Assembly: GCA_001244265.2 (NCBI GenBank)
Contig: CDLV01000006.1
Location: forward strand, 1,550,001-1,614,000
Source of the DNA: Microbotryum violaceum
Lineage: Eukaryota
Direction: 5' to 3'
Length of the DNA stretch: 64,000 nucleotides
Below the pieces are notes generated by a model. The model was not told the DNA's origin. It saw nothing but the letters and a program-made list of their open reading frames with translations, and did no database searches. Every line of letters begins with the position of its first letter. Within the stretch, counting starts at the first letter, position 1. Positions 24,764-37,800 of the stretch are shown here, one piece after another. The translations under genes were made by a program, and so were the position numbers.

Positions 24764-26738
24764 TCATTGTGAGTTGCCCGACGCGGCGGCGATATATCTT
24801 GCCGCAGTCGACGGGAACCCCTTAAGTTTCTTGCATTCTTGCGCCAGGTTCTTGGCCCTCGGCGAGCCGATCTGGTCGATGAACATGTTGAGGTACCGGA
24901 AGCACGTCTCTTCACGGAAGTCGATGTAGAGCTTGCGGTTGTAGCGACGCTCGTGCTGGCGCGCCTTTTCGGCGTACGCATGCGACTGGTGGATGAGCAT
25001 GTCGTCCGGCAGCACGTAGAACGACACGCCCGAGAGGTACAGCTCGTACAAGCACGCGGCCTTGTTGCCGCCGTAGCCAATGAAACGCTCGTCGCACCAA
25101 GGCGTGCCCTCCTTCTTAAAGATCGCATACGGCTCGTAACTGTGCGTGTAGCCCGTCACTCGATACACCTCTCCCGGCTTGGCGGCGTAGTATTTGGTGT
25201 AGTTGGTGCTGCCGTGGCCTGGGGCCCACGACTTGTGGAACATGCCGATCTTTTCGGCTTCAACGAGTTTGACGAGTTCCTATCGATGTGTCAGAAACCA
25301 GAAACGTATATCCGTCAGCTCTCTCGAGGAAAGAAGCAGTACGCAGCACTGTTTCCAATTCATACCTCTTTGGTCGTCGGGAAGGTGGAAGGGTCGACTC
25401 CATCCGATTGTTTCGCAAACTCGAACGCGGGGACGACAAAAGCGGCGAGCCCCCCACGCAATCTCGCCATGATTTCCTCGGATCCCAAGATGCGACTGCG
25501 GAAGTCGGTGCACAGCCAAAAGTCAACGTCGAGCATCATGACGTACTATAGAGTGATTGTAGATAAGAGAGACAGTCAGTTGGGGTTCCTCAGGAAGGGC
25601 AACTATGTCTCAAGGGAACTGGCCTCGGTCCGGGCAAAAAACTTTGCGACGTTGCGCCACATGTTGAATTGCCGATCGAACGAGTCGTAGACGAGGTGGA
25701 TGTCGACGTATTTGCGCATAAGAGGGGAGCCATTGTATGCCTCGTCGAGCACTTGTAGCGTCTCGGCGTGTGCGCTCGAGTCGGGCAAGTGTACGGTCGC
25801 AGAGATGGGGCCTAATGAGCGAGAGGGTAAAGATATGTCAGTGCTTCTATCCATGGGGCTGGTTCCCGAGTTACTCGCTGTAGCCCACCTTGATATCTCT
25901 CGACGAGTCGCTTGAAGACCTCCAAACGATTGCTTGTGATCAGGGTTGTGATCGTAATGTCCTCCTTGTTAAAGTCGGGGCGATCGGGGTCGGTCGCTCG
26001 GTAGTAGTAAGGGATGACCTTGGACGGTTGTAACGACGACGAGAACGACAGCGACAGGAACTGATCCTCGGACAGAGCGAGCTGACTCCTCGGTCCCGTG
26101 TCGAGGTTCCAGTGCGAAGCGTCGGGGCTCGGTCCAGAGTAGGCGTGAGGATGCGAGGGGGGATGCCATACCATCAGATCGGCGTCCCATTCGACGTTCT
26201 CGAGACCGCCGACGCGTGTGCGCACAAGTTCACGCCCATCAATCAGTTCCTTGGGCTTGACATAAGTTGCTTTAATCTTCTTGCCGGCCTTGGCTGCCAT
26301 TTCCGCCGCGGCCCAGACCTTGTCATGGCTGTCCTCCTGTCGAATGTCCGAGGCCCTCACACCGGCGGTCTCGAGCGCGGCGTGACGGTTCTTGGTCTTG
26401 GTCTTGCCATCGGCGTCGACCGCGGTCATGATGTCGCCTGGCATATGAGCCGCGATCTGGGAGATGAGAGTCGCCGATGCGGTGCCATCTGCTCCACCGG
26501 CTGGTGCTCCCGCCGGTCCGGCTGCCCGTACTGCTGCGGTTTGGTCTTCTGCGAGTCGTAGCCGTTCCTGTTCGACCTTCGCGTCGGATCCAAGCACTGC
26601 CCTGACGGCAGGATCGACGACAAAGTGGTACGCGGTGTAGCCGAGCGCGGCGAGGAGGTACACGGTCAGGCAGAACTTGGCCAGTCGTCCGAGACGCGAC
26701 GACGTGCTTTTAGGCTTGCCCGCATTCCTTCGCAACAT
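24764..26738 (-). CDS. Glycosyltransferase family 49 (LARGE/B4GAT1-like) type II membrane protein, 4 exons
   Basis: N-terminal TM (FCLTVYLLAALGYTAYHFVV), DITITTL, GPISATVH, RQFNMWRNVAKFFARTEYVMMLDVDF (DxD), SYEPY, PWCDERFIGYGGNKAACLYE and LIHQSH. Confidence 0.9.
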
Positions 26739-27784
26739 CTTGGAGGCGAGTAGCGGCGGGGGCGGAGGCGGAGGTGGAGGATATTTCGTGTCGATCCAAA
26801 TCAATAAGATCTGTGTTTTTGACGGCGGGAGAAGCGGCTCGATTGAACGAGGTCGTCAGAGAAGAAAGGGGGGTGCGTGCGTGTGGCGTGGCGCGGCGTG
26901 CGTGTGCGCGGGCGAAGGCGGCGGGCGACGTGACGAGTTGGAGTCGATCGCGGCTTGCCTGAACGCGGCGCGTCGAAAGGGTGCGGACAGGAACGAGTGA
27001 AAGGTGAGCGTGTCGGCCAGTGGGTTTGAGCAAGTGCACGTCGGCGTGAATGGAAGAAAGGACGCAAAGAAACACACGCAAGAAGGTGGTGGTGGGAAGC
27101 GAGTGAGACACGTCAAAAGAGGAGAGGAGGTCTCGGGGAGATCGCCGCCAGGACGTGAGTGCTAAGAAGGCAAAGGAGGGGTCCAAGCACTCGAGCGTGC
27201 CTCCTTACCAAACATGCCCAGCCAATCGCCGACGAGTTACGGCACGCCCATAGCAGGAGCCCATTATGCCTGTTTTCGCCCGCGCCAAAATTGCTTCCAA
27301 GAGCGCCGTGTCTTTAGCTACCTTCTTTGCCGTAGGGTTTTCCGGTTGCCCCCCCGAGTAGCCTCCCGTACGAATTTGTTGAGTTATTTCACCCGCCGAG
27401 CCACGTCAGTCAGGTTCAGGAGCACTTTCCCCCTGAAACGTCGTTTGTCGCCGCGTTGGCCGCTTCGCATGGGGAAACGTGGGGATTACAAATTCACCAA
27501 TTTGGCACCGAGCTATTAACTTAAGACTTACCGGCTTTTTGACGGAGCCGGTGCTCTCTCTCGCCAACGACCTCATTCCTGTACAGGAAACCAGAATGAT
27601 CGCGCGATCAGAGATTTGATCAAGGAGTGCTGTAGGAAGACCAAGAGTGCTTCAAAACTGTGTCGCAAGAGCTCCAACGTGCCTGCCACGAGCTGAGGTA
27701 CGTGCGTTGACTCTTCGCCGACGAATGTGGCTTCCCCGAGCTGATACCATTCCTTCGTGGGTACCGACAGGCAGGTCTTCAGGG

Positions 27785-29865
27785 ATGACAACCAGGTTCG
27801 TATCACCCAAGTCAATAGGATGGTGTACTCGAGCTATCTCGTCGACTTCAATCAACCGGCAGCTCAGCCGTCGCAATGACCTGGTCTTCACGGGGCCTAA
27901 GACTGGCTTTGGTCTCGCACCACGCTCGCGACATCCAATAGGGCGTTCCTTCACACAATCCCGACAAGCGTTCAATCCGAAGGAGAAGGCTTCACCACAC
28001 GCCGGGTCGAGCGCCACAGTGATCAGCATTAGAAATGCCAACGTCTTCCCCTTTGGAGTTCCCTCCGACTCACCCGAGTCGGCACTTTTCACCTCGCTGG
28101 CATGGACCATCCAAGATCCTGAATGTTGGGGGATCCTCTGCTCCTCTTCTGCGCCTTCCAAAACGCACCTTCTCGACGCCTTGCAGGCCAAAACGCGCTT
28201 CGACCCACCCCATGCCGTCAGCTACCCACTTCTTGACTCCCTTCCAGCCGTCGCGAGACCCCAAGCCCACGGTGGGCCCCGAGATCGTTCGGTTCAAGAC
28301 CTGATCGGTTTCGTATCTTTTCGAACAAGGTTGGATCAGAAGACGGGGGAATTTGAGGATTACACTTCGAGGTATTACGCCATTCGGGACGAGGACAAGT
28401 TGACGCTTCGGGATCATCTGAAGAATTACGTCCCTTTTCAAGAAGAGGCAACGAGGGAATCGATCAATCGCCTTATCGAGGAGACGGCGACTTCGTTGGA
28501 GATGGGGAGCTATTTGGACTTGCCTTTGGTCACGTTGAGCAATGGTCAGACAAGGAGAGCGAGGATCATGAGAGCTTTGTTGGCGAAGCCCGAGTTGCTG
28601 ATTTTTGAGGAGCCTTATAGTGAGTTACATGTTGCGGGTCTCGCTCTTGCAGAACCACTGACTCATCCCTCTTGCGACGCCAAATAGCCGGCCTGGACGT
28701 TTCTTCACGATCCCTCCTCTCTGGAGTGCTTGAACGCCTACACTCTCAACGCTCACCCCGGATTCTCGTCGTCCTCCGTCCTCAAGACCCCCTACCTCCT
28801 TTCGTCACCCATCTAGCGCTCATAGACCCCCATATCCCACGCAAAATCACCTTCGGCACGACACCCGAGATACTCTCTTCCCCGGACGCTCAAAAGATGA
28901 TTGAGACGGGGAAAAAAGAACGAGAAGCTTCTGCTTCGAGGAAAGCTGAACGGAGGAGGAAAGCCAGGGAGGAGGAAGGGGCAGGAGAGGTGTTGGTTCG
29001 ATTGGATAAGGTGAATGTCGTTTATGGGGTTGGGGAGAAGGCGAGGGAGGTCTTGAAGGATGTGAGTTGGACGATTAGGGAGGGGGAAAGGTGGGTATTG
29101 GCGGGGCATAATGGTGAGGTTTCAATCTCAGAGCGTGTAGGTCCGGACCATCGGCACAGAGGTAACTAATCGACTCCCCATCTCTGAAATACAGGATCAG
29201 GGAAGAGTACGCTGCTCTCCCTTATCTTGGGTGATCATCCCCGATCTTTCGTAGAGGACATCACTCTCTTTGGCAAACCACGAAGCTCCTACGCCACAGC
29301 AACGCGTGAGTCAGCCCCAAACCTCTTCAGAGGGTCAACTGAGCCCACTAACGCCACAAATCCTATAGTCCAATCCCACATCGGCCATGTCTCCCCCGAA
29401 ATCGCCTCTTCCTTCCCTCGCAAATCCCTCCCCGCCGGCCTAACAGTCCAAGAATCGATCTTAACAGGTTTCGAAGCCATCTTTTGCTATCGCAAACCCA
29501 CCCCACTTCAAATCGAAGCCTTACACGAGCTACTCAACGATCTCCGACATCCACGAATTACACCAGAATTCCTCAATTTGGGTTTCGCGGACCTAAGTCC
29601 AGGTGATCAATCCCTCGTTCTTCTATTGAGGGCTTTAGTCAAACGACCCAAACTACTCGTTCTGGACGAGGCCTTTTCGGGGATGAATTCCGAGACGATC
29701 GGCATCGTCAAGAGGTATATCGATCAAGGGCTGAAGAAGGATCAAGCGGTGGTTTTTATTAGTCATTTCGAGGAGGAGTTGCCCAGGAGCGTGAATCGCA
29801 GTTTGATGTTAGAGAAGGGGAGGGTCGTTTTGGATTTACACGATTACACTGGGAACATAGAATAG
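27785..29865 (+). CDS. Soluble tandem-ABC ATPase (ModF / yeast YDR061W-like), 4 exons
   Basis: NBD1 has LSNGQTRRARI and PELLIFEEP. NBD2 has GERWVLAGHNG|SGKST, LSPGDQ, LLVLDEAFSGM and FISH. No TM segments. The start is uncertain (ATG 27725 or 27785). Confidence 0.85.
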
Positions 29866-30022
29866 GATGGTTGCAAGATATAAAGCGTTCGTTGTTGTAG
29901 TCGTAAATGACAAGCATAACAGTGAATACAAAAACCGGTGGATACTGAAACGTTAGAAAGAGCAACACAGGAGTAGTGATACAGGGACCGCGCTCTAAGT
30001 GAGACGTCTTGATCAAACCTCA

Positions 30023-31104
30023 CTAGTCCGAATGGTGTTGCTGCACTTGATAAGCTTGCTGTCTCGCAACCCAAGCGACGGCAGGGTTCCCCTCTTGTGA
30101 ACGTTGAGATGTAACGGGTGTACCGAGGGAAGAAGCATGGTCATGGCTGGGTAGATCGAGTCGATCGGTTCGTAATCGTTCGGGACTTCGATTCAGTGCT
30201 GAGGGAGGTGGGTACGACGTGGTGGGGTAAGAAAATTCGGGTTCGCCACGAGAGTGTTGGGTCGTGATCGTTGTGGTCGGGATGATCAGGCCATGATTGC
30301 TGAAATATCCTGGACCCTTACTGTAGACATAGTACGAATCATCAAGGCCTCGTCAGCATCCCTTCGGTGAAAAGATAGGGGTAGCCTCAGCGTACTGGGG
30401 ACTTGAGAAAACTCGCCTAGATCGAAGTCCTCGCTTCTCTGCATCCTTCATCATTTGCAATGCCCCTGCTTCGGATCTCGTCAGTCCACATTTGAGACAT
30501 GTCATCTGATCGTTTAAGGCGGTTTCGGCGTTAGCTTTCGTTCTGCTCACGCGACCTCGTTCGGATTGACGGACGCGACAATCCCAGATTCGGAAGACGG
30601 GATCGCTACCGAGGAGGGACACGTACTTCTGGGCCATCCTCATTCCCTCCGTGCATGCCGAGTGATGAGGTAAACGCTGCTCCTGTTGAAGATTGAAAAG
30701 GGGGTAAAGAGTTAGGCCCACTTCGCACACCCGGCCAAGTCGCCAAAGCTCTCGGAGCTAATGCGACCCCGTGCGTTGGAAACGACTTCCGCAAATGTGC
30801 ATGAAAGCAAGGTCAAAGCAGACTTGCCGTTGGACATGGCACACGACATGAAGGCCCAGCATGGGCAGCAGCATAGTTTGACTGAAAGAACAGGGACTTG
30901 GTATCAGCTCCTATAAAATGGCAACCCATCACGCGATACACCAGTTTGAACTGTGGCGAACGGTTCGTGAAACCGACGACGACGGCGAAAGTGGGGACTC
31001 AACGACGGTGGTGACGTCGGATCCGAGGTTGTGAGACACTCACAGCAACATGACCGCTTCTTGGGCATCGAGAACTGGTGGGAGCCCCCTTCTTCGCACG
31101 ACAT
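30023..31104 (-). CDS. Hypothetical 194-aa Cys-rich protein (BRI3/LITAF-like arrangement), 6 exons, two GC-AG introns
   Basis: Exons 31104-31044, 30881-30828, 30757-30731, 30682-30627, 30505-30417 and 30320-30023 sum to 585 nt in one open frame: MSCEEGGSHQFSMPKKRSCCFKLCCCPCWAFMSCAMSN...MTCLKCG... Confidence 0.6.
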
Positions 31105-32645
31105 ACTTGCACGTCCCAAGTCTGATCCACGCCTAAACCCCGGGACGCCGGCAGTTGAGGTGGAAGACGACTTGGAGGCGATGCGCGAACGGGCCGTTTC
31201 ACAAAAGTCTTACAAAAGTCTTAGCTGATCGGGCGCGGCGTCGGGACGTCGGGACGTTAATACCAATCGCGTTCGAGAAGCGCACTAAAGGCCAAAATTT
31301 CCAACGCGAGAACATGCGGGTGCTTGGTCGCTCGTCGGGCGCCTCGCGTCGGCCAAATAATACGACGAGCAGTCTCCAACTGAACGACGTTTGTGCCGAA
31401 CTCAGTGGATGAATATATAATAAATGGCTTGGTTTGGGCTTGAGGGCGAATTTCCCCACGACACGGCCCCGCGAAGGTTAAAACCGGCGGGGCAGCGCAA
31501 GCAAGGGAAGGCAAACCGGGAAGGCGGGCGGGAGAGCAAAAAAAACTGAAGTTTCGAGCGAGTAACAGGCGATGTTTCGAGCGAGAATAGTTGGTTCTAG
31601 CAAGAGGGAGTGATTCACACCGCACTCGCCTTTCGACTCGCTCGGCGCGCCCGATGGCAACAGGTGGCAACCAACGAAGAGGAAAAACGGCGCTCTCGCA
31701 GCCAGGACGGTCGACCGCTTGTCTTTCCTCCATCTTCACCACCCTGCTCTGTCTCGCCGATTCGATCCTTTGCACGCTTGTCCTTTCAAGCATTGATTCG
31801 ATGCATACAATCTCGATCGCTAATGACTCGCAATCGTCCACTACCTCGCCTGTGCCGCTCAGAGGCGATCATCTGTGCGAGTCTTTTCCTTGCCTTCTTC
31901 CAACACCCGGCGGCGCCTCCTGAGCACCGTGCTATCGCTTCTCTGTACAACAATGCAAACATAAGTCCTGGTGCTCGGCTTCCCTACTTGCGACCTACAT
32001 CACCGCCGTTCTTCAGTTCCTACCCGAACTTTTTCTCCCGCTTTTCCTTACTTCCCCACTCCCTCAAACAAGCCCCTTCTTATCATGTCACCCGACGCTC
32101 TGTTATTACATCAACGATGTTTCAACAAGGAATGGTCGCTGCGACGGGAAGGAACGGGCAGACGTTCAACCCAACGTCTGAACACGCCAGGCGGGTTTCG
32201 ACCCCTCTGGATTGCTTGGACGTCCCTCGATCTTTGTGATGAGCTTACTACTCGGACTTCCTTTGTTACCCTTTTTCGGGGTAATTCTTGGAGCGGATCG
32301 AGGGGACAATCTTTCCTCTTATGGTTGCTTCCCTGAGTTGTTGATGTGCAATTCTACTCGGAATCCACTGTCTTGCTTGAGCTCCCCGTGGCTTTATGAT
32401 AGGAATTGGCTTGATAATCTTGCCGAGAGACACAATTCGACCAGCTCTGTCGACCCCATCATGGCTCGAGAACATCATAGCTCGATAAGACGGTGAAAGC
32501 GGGGCGAACGCCTCGATGAGAGAGAAGCACCGAGCTGGCTTCCGGTAAAGCCTTGTACTCAGGCTTGACCCCAAAAAACAGCATCGCCTAAAAGTTACAA
32601 CATGATGCCATACCCTACTGAAACCCCGAACCAACCGTCCTCGAC

Positions 32646-33123
32646 TCAATCCCACATCTGCTTGACCTTGTTCTTGCGCTCCTTCTTCCCCTCGACGGAC
32701 TGCTTGCGCTTCTCCAACTTTTGCGACCTCTCCATCCCCGCGATCTTGGCTTTGGCTAGTCGCTTCAACGCTGTCGAGGACTTGACGCGTTTAGATTTAG
32801 TTTTTGGTTCGGCGGCGGGGGCGACGTGAGGTCTCGTGACTGGGAAGAGGGCCGGGAACAGGGGAGGGTGAGCCGAGGTGATTCGGTCGTGAGGAAGGGG
32901 CTGTGCGTAAGGACGTACCTGCGAGAGATTCTTCCTTCTTGTCCTCGGGTAAGGCTACCTGTTCGATCGGTTCTTGCCTTGCGACCGAGCCTGTTGCGTG
33001 GTAAGCGGTTGGTCGTCCAGGTCATCGATCCGTTCCGCAATGAGTGAGTGCGAGCCACGTGATGGAGATACGATGGCGTATCCAAGGCGCTGACTTACGT
33101 TTATCGTTCTTGACTGGTCCCAT
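32646..33123 (-). CDS. Small basic 96-aa protein, Alb1/Ecm1-like pre-60S factor candidate, 3 exons
   Basis: Exons 33123-33099, 32990-32919 and 32839-32646 with GTAAGT/GTACGT donors give MGPVKNDKRSVARQE...KSSTALKRLAKAKIAGMERSQKLEKRKQSVEGKKERKNKVKQMWD. The gene model is solid; the family call is by resemblance only. Confidence 0.65.
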
Positions 33124-33561
33124 CGTTGCTGTAAACTTGAGCTGTGAGGTGGAGGGAAGGAGATGCAGCTGAGAATGATCGTGGCGCGAGCTGGGGTGCC
33201 GTCGACGCCGTCTGCGAAAGATGGTCGGCCCCCTATTCGAGCGCGGATAATCGCCGCTGCAGTCTCTCCCTGGGCTACATTCTGATCCCTTGTGAATTAT
33301 CCCTGGTGGCATCGAACTAGCTAAACAAAGAAGTGTTGTCTTGATGTGCCAAACTTTGGGCTACAAACACTCCAATAATTCCGACGAAGCGACCCGTTGG
33401 CCGTTGGCGCACGGACCGCTTCGGCTATCGTCCTCGTCCGAGCTGGGTACGTCACCGTCCGATTCGTCGCGCTCTATCTACGTTAGCCTTTCCTCCACAC
33501 CCTCACCTACGCTTGCTCCCGAACCCGCGGACCCGCTCCCACAATTCAGCTATCTGCAACA

Positions 33562-34574
33562 ATGTTGGCAACTTTCATCGCCTCCCGCATCACAGGCACC
33601 TACAGCTTCCTCTTCGTACCCCTGCTCCTCCCCACTTCCTACGTCGAAGCGCTCCTACCTCCGCACCTCCAGCTCCTCCCTAAAGACGAGAACGACACCC
33701 CGTCCACCTCGACTTCCGAATCAACTACTTTGCAGCGACCTTCGACTCCAGCGGGTTATGCATGGGTCGTTGTGGTGGCTGGGGAACAGAAGGGAACGGG
33801 GATGAGTGTGCCTGGTGGGAGATCGACTTTCTTCGTGAGTATCGCTTCAACTCGACCTAGGCTCGACCGCGCGAACTTCAAATATTTTACCACACGAGCG
33901 CTGAAATCCTCGATCACGAACGCTATCGTAGGAAGCCAAACTTGAAATTCCTTACGTCGGCCTCGTCGATGCTCCATCCTCAACTTCCACCCCACCGACG
34001 TTGACGCACAAGCAAACCCTTCTCTTCTCCTCCTGGAGCATGGCCTTGTCCTCGGATAGGATCACCGGACTGAGATCGCATCATGCTAGATTCCAAGTGG
34101 AGGAGGAAAAACATGGGGTCATGAGAGATTATGATGTCACGGGCTGGATGAGGTTGGAACGGAGGAAATCGGAGGCGGAGGCAGCGGGAGGGATTGAGCT
34201 TCCTAAGTGGGGAGAGGATGTGGTCAGGGAGGAGATCACAGGGTGGTGGGTCGGTGAAAGGACGGGCGCGATTGCTACGAGAGTGAGTGATGACTTCTTC
34301 TTCGTGTGATGAGCTATTCTACTCTGTAACGTTTTGATTACCCCTCCTGCAGTTCACGATGGATCCGAACCACCCTCCGACCCGACTCGGGCGGATCAAA
34401 GTCCAACTCAACCTAGCCCAATTTGCTCACCAATCGATTGAACAAGTCCGAGCACACTTCACAGCAAAGGACGCCACCAAGATTGATGGTCAAGGATGGT
34501 ACGAAGTCGAAGCGAGCGGGTGGCAATGCGAGGAAAGGACGACGATGAAGGCGACTCGACTGGCCGAATTGTGA
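33562..34574 (+). CDS. Hypothetical protein, 3 exons
   Basis: ATG 33562 and two GTGAGT...YAG introns join MLATF...GGRSTFF|EAKLEIPYV...GAIATR|FTMDP...LAEL-stop. Beta-strand-like composition; no firm family. Confidence 0.7.
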
Positions 34575-34884
34575 AACTGCTCGGAGCTTTGTCGGCGAGT
34601 CCGCTCGTTTCCCTCTCAATAGCTAGTGTATGACTTGCCCAAGATCCATGAGAAAGGTGCACTGGATTCAACAAAGTGTATTTGAGGACCCCTGTTCCGA
34701 TCCGCCATCATATTGAGCTTCGACTACCCAAGACCAAGAAACGAAGGATCCAACACACGAAGAGAGATGAGCGAGAGACGAACCCCACAGAGCGAAGCAT
34801 ATACGTTGGTGCCGATGACCTCGGAAAGAAGGCAGAAGGTAAACTTCAAGAAATACCGCGGGAAAAAAAGCCACCAAAGCCCTA

Positions 34885-37800
34885 CTACATCCCATCCACA
34901 TCCAACAACGTATTCCGATTTTGATTCTGATTAGGATCATTCGCCTTCAACCACGTTGCCCTTGCCTGGGGATTCATCGAAGCCCAAGTCATTGCGTCCG
35001 GTCGGGGAGACGACGAGAAGCTTGAGGAAGAAGAAAAGGCTGGAGGACTCCTGGGGCTGATCGACATTTTCGAATTGGTTGAACTGGAGAGGGAAGGAGG
35101 GACGACGGCCAGAATGGGAGGGACGGGTCGGTAGGACGAGGATCTGGTGGCTGATAAGGGGGTCATGGGGGGGCGTCCGGCGAGGGGAGAGCGGGGGATC
35201 GGGACTACGGGCAGAGAAACGTTTTGGCGCTCGAACACGTTCTGTAGGGTCATTGAATGTGTTAAGTCAAAAAATTCTGGCTCCTTCACTTCTTGAAGGA
35301 AGGTGCCAGCACTCACTCGTGCCTCAGTGATGGTCTTCATCCACATTGCCAACTCATCGTTCGTCTTGACGCTCACGAAATGGCAATACTCAGCCTCATC
35401 CTCGAACTGCGCACGAGGCAGCTTGGACTTGAGAGCAAAGCAGAAAGATTTTGGCGCTTTTTTCGCTTGCGATGTTGAGGACATGACGTAAAAGATTTCG
35501 GAGGTCGCGAGGCGGCAGAGGAGGGAGGAGTCTTTGGCTTTCTCGGACTTGGCGTGCGTGACGTTGCCGTCACGGACTTCGATGTAGCGCTTTGTCCACT
35601 TGCGATTGGTGAGCTCGAGTTGAACGGTGTCCCCCCGAGGTACAAGCGGTTGAGGTCGGAGCTAATAAACAAGGAGGAAAACGGCTGGTCAGCTCCTGTG
35701 GACGCATGCGCTGCGGATGGCACGACAAAACTCACACTAGGGGAAAGGAGAGGCCACAGCGTACTCCGTCTTATACACAAGTAGTTGGACTCATGTTCCC
35801 ACGTCTTGAGCACGTCTGTAACTAACTCGTACTCGCGGACAGGTCGCTCGAGGCCCAATTGTTTGCACACCTCCCAAAGGGAGAACCCTCCTTCCATATC
35901 ACTGCCCGAAGCGAGCAAACCTTGGCAACGCGCCGTCTCGACGATCTCACCGCATGCCGTCATGGGGCCGCATTGGACGATGATGTGCATCTGCGAGTCG
36001 TCGCGGATGTAGATGCGATATTCTTTGACAGAACAGGCACTGGGACCGGCGCGGATGACGGTCGTAGAACCCGAAGCGGCATTCACCGATCGGGAGAGGG
36101 GGGATGAAGGCGCGACCTTGCGCTCGCCTTCCGCGAGGCGTGCAGTTGGGCGCAGGATGTTCGAAGAAGACGGCGACGATGAGTTTCGGCTACTCACATC
36201 GCTGCCTCGACGAATCATCGGAGGTGTCGCGGTTTCGGCGCGACTGACCGAAGGTGATCGAGCTCGGGCTTGAGACCCAACGACGGCCAAATTGGAGGAA
36301 ACGCCTTGTTCAGTGTCGATCGAGAGCGCGGGGCGAACGTGGTCCGCAGGTGCCAAAGCCGAGGAGTTTGAGTCAACGCGCAAGACCAATGCTTCCTCAT
36401 CTAGAGCAACTGTCGGGCTGGTAGGCAAGTCAAATTCCAAGGACGAATCCGCCACCAGAGGGTCAAGCGGAGTCGAGCATGGACGAACGATACCAGCAGA
36501 GTTGCGACGTTCGACGGCCTCGTCGGTCTGCGGGAGTAGGGAGTGGCCAATCGTCTCGGTCGCGACGACATCGTCCTGCGGTAGGGCAGATGAGGTCCGT
36601 GCGGAGTTCTCCTCGCGTGGCTGCGGGTCGTCCCCTCGGACAGAAGCTTGAAGGGCCTTTTGCGCCGAGAGTGCACCGGGGAAGTCGCCTAGAGGTTGGT
36701 CGTCCTCATCACTGTCCGCACCGAGTACCACGAGGGCATTGTCCTCCGCCGGCTCAAAGATGGCGGCACCGTCGAGGTGGGCCGGAGCGAGGACGATCTC
36801 CGGCGTCAGAGTGTTGCTCTTCTCAAACTTGGAGAATCGGAGAGGCAACGTCAACGATTCCATGACAGATTCCTCAACTGAAGGAGTCGAAGAGCGAGTT
36901 GCGGGAGTCGTAACCTGATCATCGAGTCCGTCCGATCCTCCGTCGGCCGCCGAAGTAGACGCAGACGCCACGACGGGGAAGACATTGTGACTAGTGGCGA
37001 AAATTGACGAGGAGCGTGCGGGCGCTTTGACCATGTCGGCGCGCGAACTGGGTGACGTATCGAGGAACGCCGTGAGCGACAGCTTGTCCGAGTTGAGCGT
37101 CATGGTCGGGCTCGGAGTGGCATCTTTTCGCGCTTGGGTGCACTCGGCTGGGTTCGGGGTAGAGGATCCGCTGTCGTCGGATAACTCGGCTTCTGTTGCG
37201 GTGGACACCTTCGAGTCCAGCATAGCGGGAAGCGTCGGTTCGACGTCGCTGAGCGCAGGTGATGTCAGAGCAGGCGACGAGAGCGCTGTTGAGAATATAT
37301 CAGCGTCCTCGGACCTGTTCGACTCGGGTGCATTGAGCTGCGTAGGGCTGCATGGCACATCCTCGCTGAACCTTGTCATCGTTGGTGGGGCCGAGAGCGG
37401 CAGTCTGAGCGTGGGAACGGGTGGCACGTCCTCTTTGCGACCGAAGATCTGTGGTAGGTACAACGACAGACGCTTGTGGGAAGCAGAGTTACGGAGACTC
37501 TTGGGCGCCTGCTCGACGCGGACCGGGGTCGAGACGGGCAAAGCCGAGACAGGCTTTTCGACCGGGTTGGGAGTAGGCGGCGGGTTGTCCTTGACGATCG
37601 GCGCCGGGTCGGTGTCGTTGGCAATCGCAACAGAGGGCTCCAGCCCAATGGCAATGCTACCCGGAAAAGGTGCGAGGACGGGGACAGAGACAGGCTCTGC
37701 CTGCGCCTGAGTCGAAGCGACCTTGGAGAGCTTCGAGGTCGAAAAAGACTTGCGTAACAAGCGAACAATCGGCACCGATCCACCGCTGGTGCGTGTCTGG

